From Selaginella moellendorffii (taxonomy: Eukaryota > Plantae > Lycopodiophyta), in contig NW_003314263.1 of assembly GCF_000143415.4 (NCBI RefSeq), positions 1,611,893-1,637,372 on the forward strand: a stretch of 25,480 nucleotides of DNA, given 5' to 3'. The first letter of the stretch is position 1. Every line of letters starts with the position of its first letter. The notes under the pieces are model-generated. The model was not told the DNA's origin and ran no database searches. It was given only the letters and a program-made list of their open reading frames with translations. Positions 21,075-25,480 of this stretch are shown here, in pieces. The translations under genes were made by a program, and so were the position numbers.

Positions 21075-21561
21075 AGTCAGGAATTTTTGGAGAAAATGAA
21101 TCTTTTCGAGGTTCAAGACATGCAGCCTGATGTAGTCAAGCTTGTGGCAGCCATGCATCAAACTGAAGTCTTGAACTCTTTGAAGGCACGAGAAAAGGAA
21201 GATCTCATGCCGTGCCGTTTCCGATGCTTCACAAAGGCAAGGGGTGACAGAGGAATGACTGATCTGTTCGTTAACCTTGTCGCAAGTGATATGAATTCAG
21301 ACACAAAGATGAGAAGGGCGACGTTGATCCGGAAGCCAGAGAAAAACATGATTTCAGAGTCTAGGATGGGATACTCCTGCAAGACTTTGGTTGAGGCTCG
21401 GGATATTCCATGAATGCTATGCCAGGAGGAGCGACTTCCTGTTTATCTCATGGTGTGGGGAGGCTCCTTCACCATGGTGTCTTCAAACATTGCGTTTTAG
21501 TACTCAATAGAGATTACTGTATATGACTAAACTTGTTGTAAAGCCCTAAACCCTGGAAGGC

Positions 21562-24500
21562 ATGGCGATCGCGTCTCCTCTTCGCGTGGCTATGGTTGTG
21601 GATGGAGGTAGCGGCGGTCGCCGGAATAAGGCGAGGTATGTGGACAAGAATGTAGGGAGTAGTAGCAGCAATCGATCGAGCGGTGCCGCCAAGCAGCAGC
21701 AGCAGCAGCAGCAGCCCGCGAAATCGAAGGCCGAGCAGAGATTTCCGCGGCAGCGACAGCAGCAGCAGCGCCAGGTCCCAAATCCAGCTGGTTTTGTGAA
21801 GAAAGTCGATCGCTCCACGGACAAGCTCGTGAGATTTCTCTACCAGCGGTAACGAGTCTATTCCGCTGCTTCCGTTGCTTTGCAGCATCGCTGTTTCTTT
21901 GCTTATCGACAGGTTCAAGGCTTTGAAGGATGCAAGAAACTCTTTGCGTGATCGCGATGGTTTTTTGGAGCAGCATGCTTCTGGGTGAGTTTTTTTTTTT
22001 CCCTCTCTTTTTCTTGTGTGTTTTGATGGAAATTAAAAGAAAGTTCTTTCATAGATATGATATACTTGGCATGCGGCACCACTTCTTTCATTATGTTGAA
22101 TACTTCGAATGGGCTCCAGGTAAACTTTCGACACTCTACTTTTGAAGTTCTTTTTCACCAAAGTTTTCACGCAGGAGCAACGTCTTGTTCGCTCATTGGA
22201 GACTTCAACAATTGGGATTGCACGAAAAACCGTGCTGAGAAAGGCTACTTTGGCCGAGACGACTATGGCACCTGGCGAATCACCGTGGAAGACAAGCTGC
22301 GAGAGGGCCAAGAGAAAGACCCTCACTGGCAAGAGTACAACTATTCTGTCGAATACGATCGAGGTGATGGGGATATAGACATCGAGGCACTCTACCAAAA
22401 GATGGAGGACGAGTACTGGGAGCCTGGTGAGGACCAGTACTTGAAAGACACACGGCCTTTCGAGGAGGCTCTTTTCAAGTCGATCTTTGGGGAAAACTTC
22501 GGCTGCATCAAAGTTGGAAAGGAGGAGGAAGTGAACGAACTGGCCTACAACACCGAAGACGAGGAAACCATGGACTACTCCAAGTTTCCACCGGGTTACG
22601 AGGAATGGGTGAAGAAAACCGATCAAGCTCACTTGCCTCCGCTCAAGCAGGATCCAACGCGTTACAGCGAGCCGACAGTGGTCGATGATCCAGTGTGGAG
22701 GGAGCGAGTTTTAGCGAAGAAGCCACCACTTCCAATCTGGGAGTATACCGTCAAGGGGTTCAAAGCTTGGGAGAAGAAGTACCTTCCTGCGATTCCTCAC
22801 GGCTCTCGTGTGAGAGTTTACTTCAAAACTCCGGAAGGTCCCGTGGAGCGAGTTCCAGCATGGGCGAAGTATGTTCTTCCTGGTAAGCAAAGAAAAACTC
22901 TTTCTTACTGGAGTTCTTGTGAACTTTTCCTGGCAGACCCGGATGGAAAGATGTGGAGTGCGGTGTATTGGGAACCGCCTATCCAGGAGAGGCACCAGTG
23001 GCAGCACGAGAGACCAAAGCCTCCAAAGTCGCTTCGAATTTACGAGTGTCACGTTGGTATGAGCAGCGAAGAGGCCGGGATCTCTACATTCAAGCGTTTC
23101 AGTCAGGCAAGAAAAGAGTGGCTGACATTTTCCAAGTAGCTCGTTTTGCTATCTTCCAACTTGGCTCAGGAGGTCCTTCCACACGTAAAAAAGTGTGGCT
23201 ACAACGTTGTGCAGCTCATGGGAGTGCAAGAACATGTCGACTACTCCAGTGTTGGTTACAAGGTTTTCTCTTTCTCACTTAACAAAATATTCAAACTTAA
23301 GGCTTTGCTTATATCCAGATGACGAACCAATTTGCTGTGAGTAGCCGGTTTGGAACTCCAGAAGATTTCAAGTTTCTGGTCGATACTGCGCATGGTATGT
23401 TTCATTTGGACGAGAAAACATGACTTCTTTCCTGTGATGTGATGTAGGACTGGGATTGCTCGTTTTTATGGATATTGTCCACTCTCACGTTGCTCCTGAC
23501 GAAGTATGTGGACTGGCAATGTTTGATGGCGCAAACGATTGTTTCTTACATGTAGGTGAGCTTCTATCANNNNNNNNNNNNNNNNNNNNNNNNNNNNNNN
23601 NNNNNNNNNNNNNNNNNNNNNNNNNNNNNNNNNNNNNNNNNNNNNNNNNNNNNNNNNNNNNNNNNNNNNCAAGTATGGAGAGCACGAAGTAAAGCGATTT
23701 TTACTGTCAAACTTGAAGTGGTTAGTAATTGTTTAGTTCCTTCTTCATCTTTTTTCTGTTTTTGTTTTGACAAGCTCAATGCAGGTGGGTTGAAGAGTAT
23801 CGCATTGATGGCTTTTACTTCCATTCGGTTGGCTCCATGCTCTACACACACAATGGCTTCGCAAATTTTACTGGAAGCCTTGACGAGTAATTTTCTTTTC
23901 ACAAATTCGCTCAAACCATTAAATGTTGTATCTTCAGGTATTGCAACCAATATGTCGATATGGACGCACACATTTACTTGATCCTTGCAAATGAGCTTCT
24001 TCACAATCTTACGCCTCGTATTATCACCATTGCTGAAGATGTGAGTGACTTTGTTGTAGTTTCACTGACTTCTTCAACTTTTGTTTATATGACTCAGGCA
24101 ACATTGTTTCCCGGGTTGTGTGCCTCTCATGAGCAAGGTGGTTTTGGTTTTGACTATTACGTAAGCACAGCTCCTTCCGATATGTGGCTATATCTCATAG
24201 AAAAAGTTCCTTTGGAGGAATGGAGCGTTAAGCAGGTTTGTTGTTGTTCCTTCAAAACTTAAGATTTATTTGTCTTCTTCCTCAGATAGCTGAAAGCCTG
24301 CTCAAACTTTCCGAGTCAGACGGCAAAGCTCTGGTGTATGTGGAGAATCACAGCCAGGTAAACATCTAGTTTATCACTGGATAAAAACTATTGCGTGATC
24401 TCGTGTTATAGTCCATCTCTGGCGGGAAATCTCTCTTCCAAGCACTTATTGAGAAGAATGTGGAATACCCGGATGCTGTAAACATGCTCAAGAGTGTTTC

Positions 24501-25425
24501 CATGATAAAAGTATATACATTTCATACTTTGGTTTTGAGAAAGTGAAGTTCTTGTGCTGATTGTTGTAGATGATCAAGCTTCTCACTGCTTCTTTAGGCG
24601 GGTCAGCGTATCTCACCTTCATGGGTAACGAGTTTGGCCATACGGAGGTACTTTTCATCGTTCCTTGGTGGTCTTTAAGAAAGAGTTTTTACACAGCGCG
24701 TGGAGTTCCCGAGAGCGACCAATAACTTCTCTTACGAGTTTGCTCGTCGGAGATGGTCCTTGCTGGATGACAAATGGCACGCAAAGCTTGCAGAGTTTGA
24801 CAATGTAAGTAGAGACACTCTCGAGACTCTTGTCTTATAAGCGATTGATGCAGGCACTTATGGCAATCGAGCAGAAGTATTTGTTTCTCAACAGCAATGC
24901 ACCAGCGACGAACTTGCAAGTTGATGATTCATCAAAGGTATCCTCTCGCTTGTTTGATTGTCTGTCCAAACTGAAGCTTCGGTATTTCATTTAGACCGTT
25001 GTTTTCACTCGAGATAACTTAATCTTTGCCTACAACTTCCATCCTCGCAAGTCGGCCGATGAGTATGAGATCCTTGTCGATGAGCCTGGGCAATATGAGG
25101 TCTGTCTAAGTTCTGTTTTGTCTCATTTTTCTGGTTGGTCATTTTGCTCTGTAGTTGCTCTTGGATACTGATGATGTTAAATATGGTGGGATGGGTCGGC
25201 TTAAAACTAAACAGAAGAGGTTAATAATCCTTTTTTTTGTGTGTGTGTGTTTGTTTTTGAATTTTGCTTTCTTAGGATCGACGTCTTTAGCATGAAGTTG
25301 TCCCTCACACTACCACAATTGAGCGCACAGGTATGTCGATTGGAAGCTTACATCTGTCTCATGCAAGAATGCTATAGGTTTATAGACTTGCAAAAATCTG
25401 GGATGCCGCAGTTAGTGTGATGTAA
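21562..25425 (+). CDS. SBE3: 1,4-alpha-glucan branching enzyme, class III (Arabidopsis BE1/EMB2729-type), GH13; about 21 exons, one partly inside an N gap
   Basis: The spliced frame gives [16 protein letters not shown], the class III insert EDKLREG...[89 protein letters not shown] and YNFHP. It ends [15 protein letters not shown], stop at 25423-25425. Confidence 0.93.
21694..21714 (+). repeat. (CAG)7 encoding polyQ in the SBE3 N-terminal extension
   Basis: Directly visible; a second shorter Q-run lies at ~21751-21768. Confidence 0.9.
23570..23669. other. Assembly gap (100 N) inside SBE3
   Basis: Run of N hiding an intron end and an exon start. Confidence 1.
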
Positions 25426-25480
25426 AAATGCTGGTGATTATGGTATGCCCTCACGCAGACGGGCCCTCACAACGAGCACT

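Noticed and set aside
21514-22632. Antisense ORFs of 92-199 aa over SBE3
   Set aside because: They are shadows of GC-rich exons and the CAG repeat, and they cross intron boundaries with no motifs.

Overview
Plant nuclear DNA. The roughly 50-nt introns and the S/SS-motif-rich PPR genes suggest a Selaginella-like lycophyte, which is an inference. Bases 1 to ~15,300 are a nest of transposable elements. They hold an intron-containing, stop-riddled hAT/ZNF862-like transposase, decayed minus-strand LINE-like sequence, and a structurally complete 7.2-kb Ty3/gypsy-type LTR element at 2828-10011. That element has a CTAAG target-site duplication, an iMet PBS, a PPT and LTRs about 98% identical by eye, but its internal gag-pol has decayed almost beyond recognition, so it looks non-autonomous. 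Bases ~15,300-25,480 are gene dense. They contain a PPR pseudogene, an intact intronless PLS/E-type PPR gene, a partial duplicate of that gene's 3' end, a 4-exon 239-aa gene I do not recognise, and a ~21-exon class III starch-branching-enzyme gene with a GC-AG intron and substituted catalytic Asp residues. Two 100-N assembly gaps are present. I cannot demonstrate a wholly new biological system. The best leads are the young-LTR/ancient-interior element, the unrecognised gene, and that gene's possible antisense read-through into the PPR duplicate.
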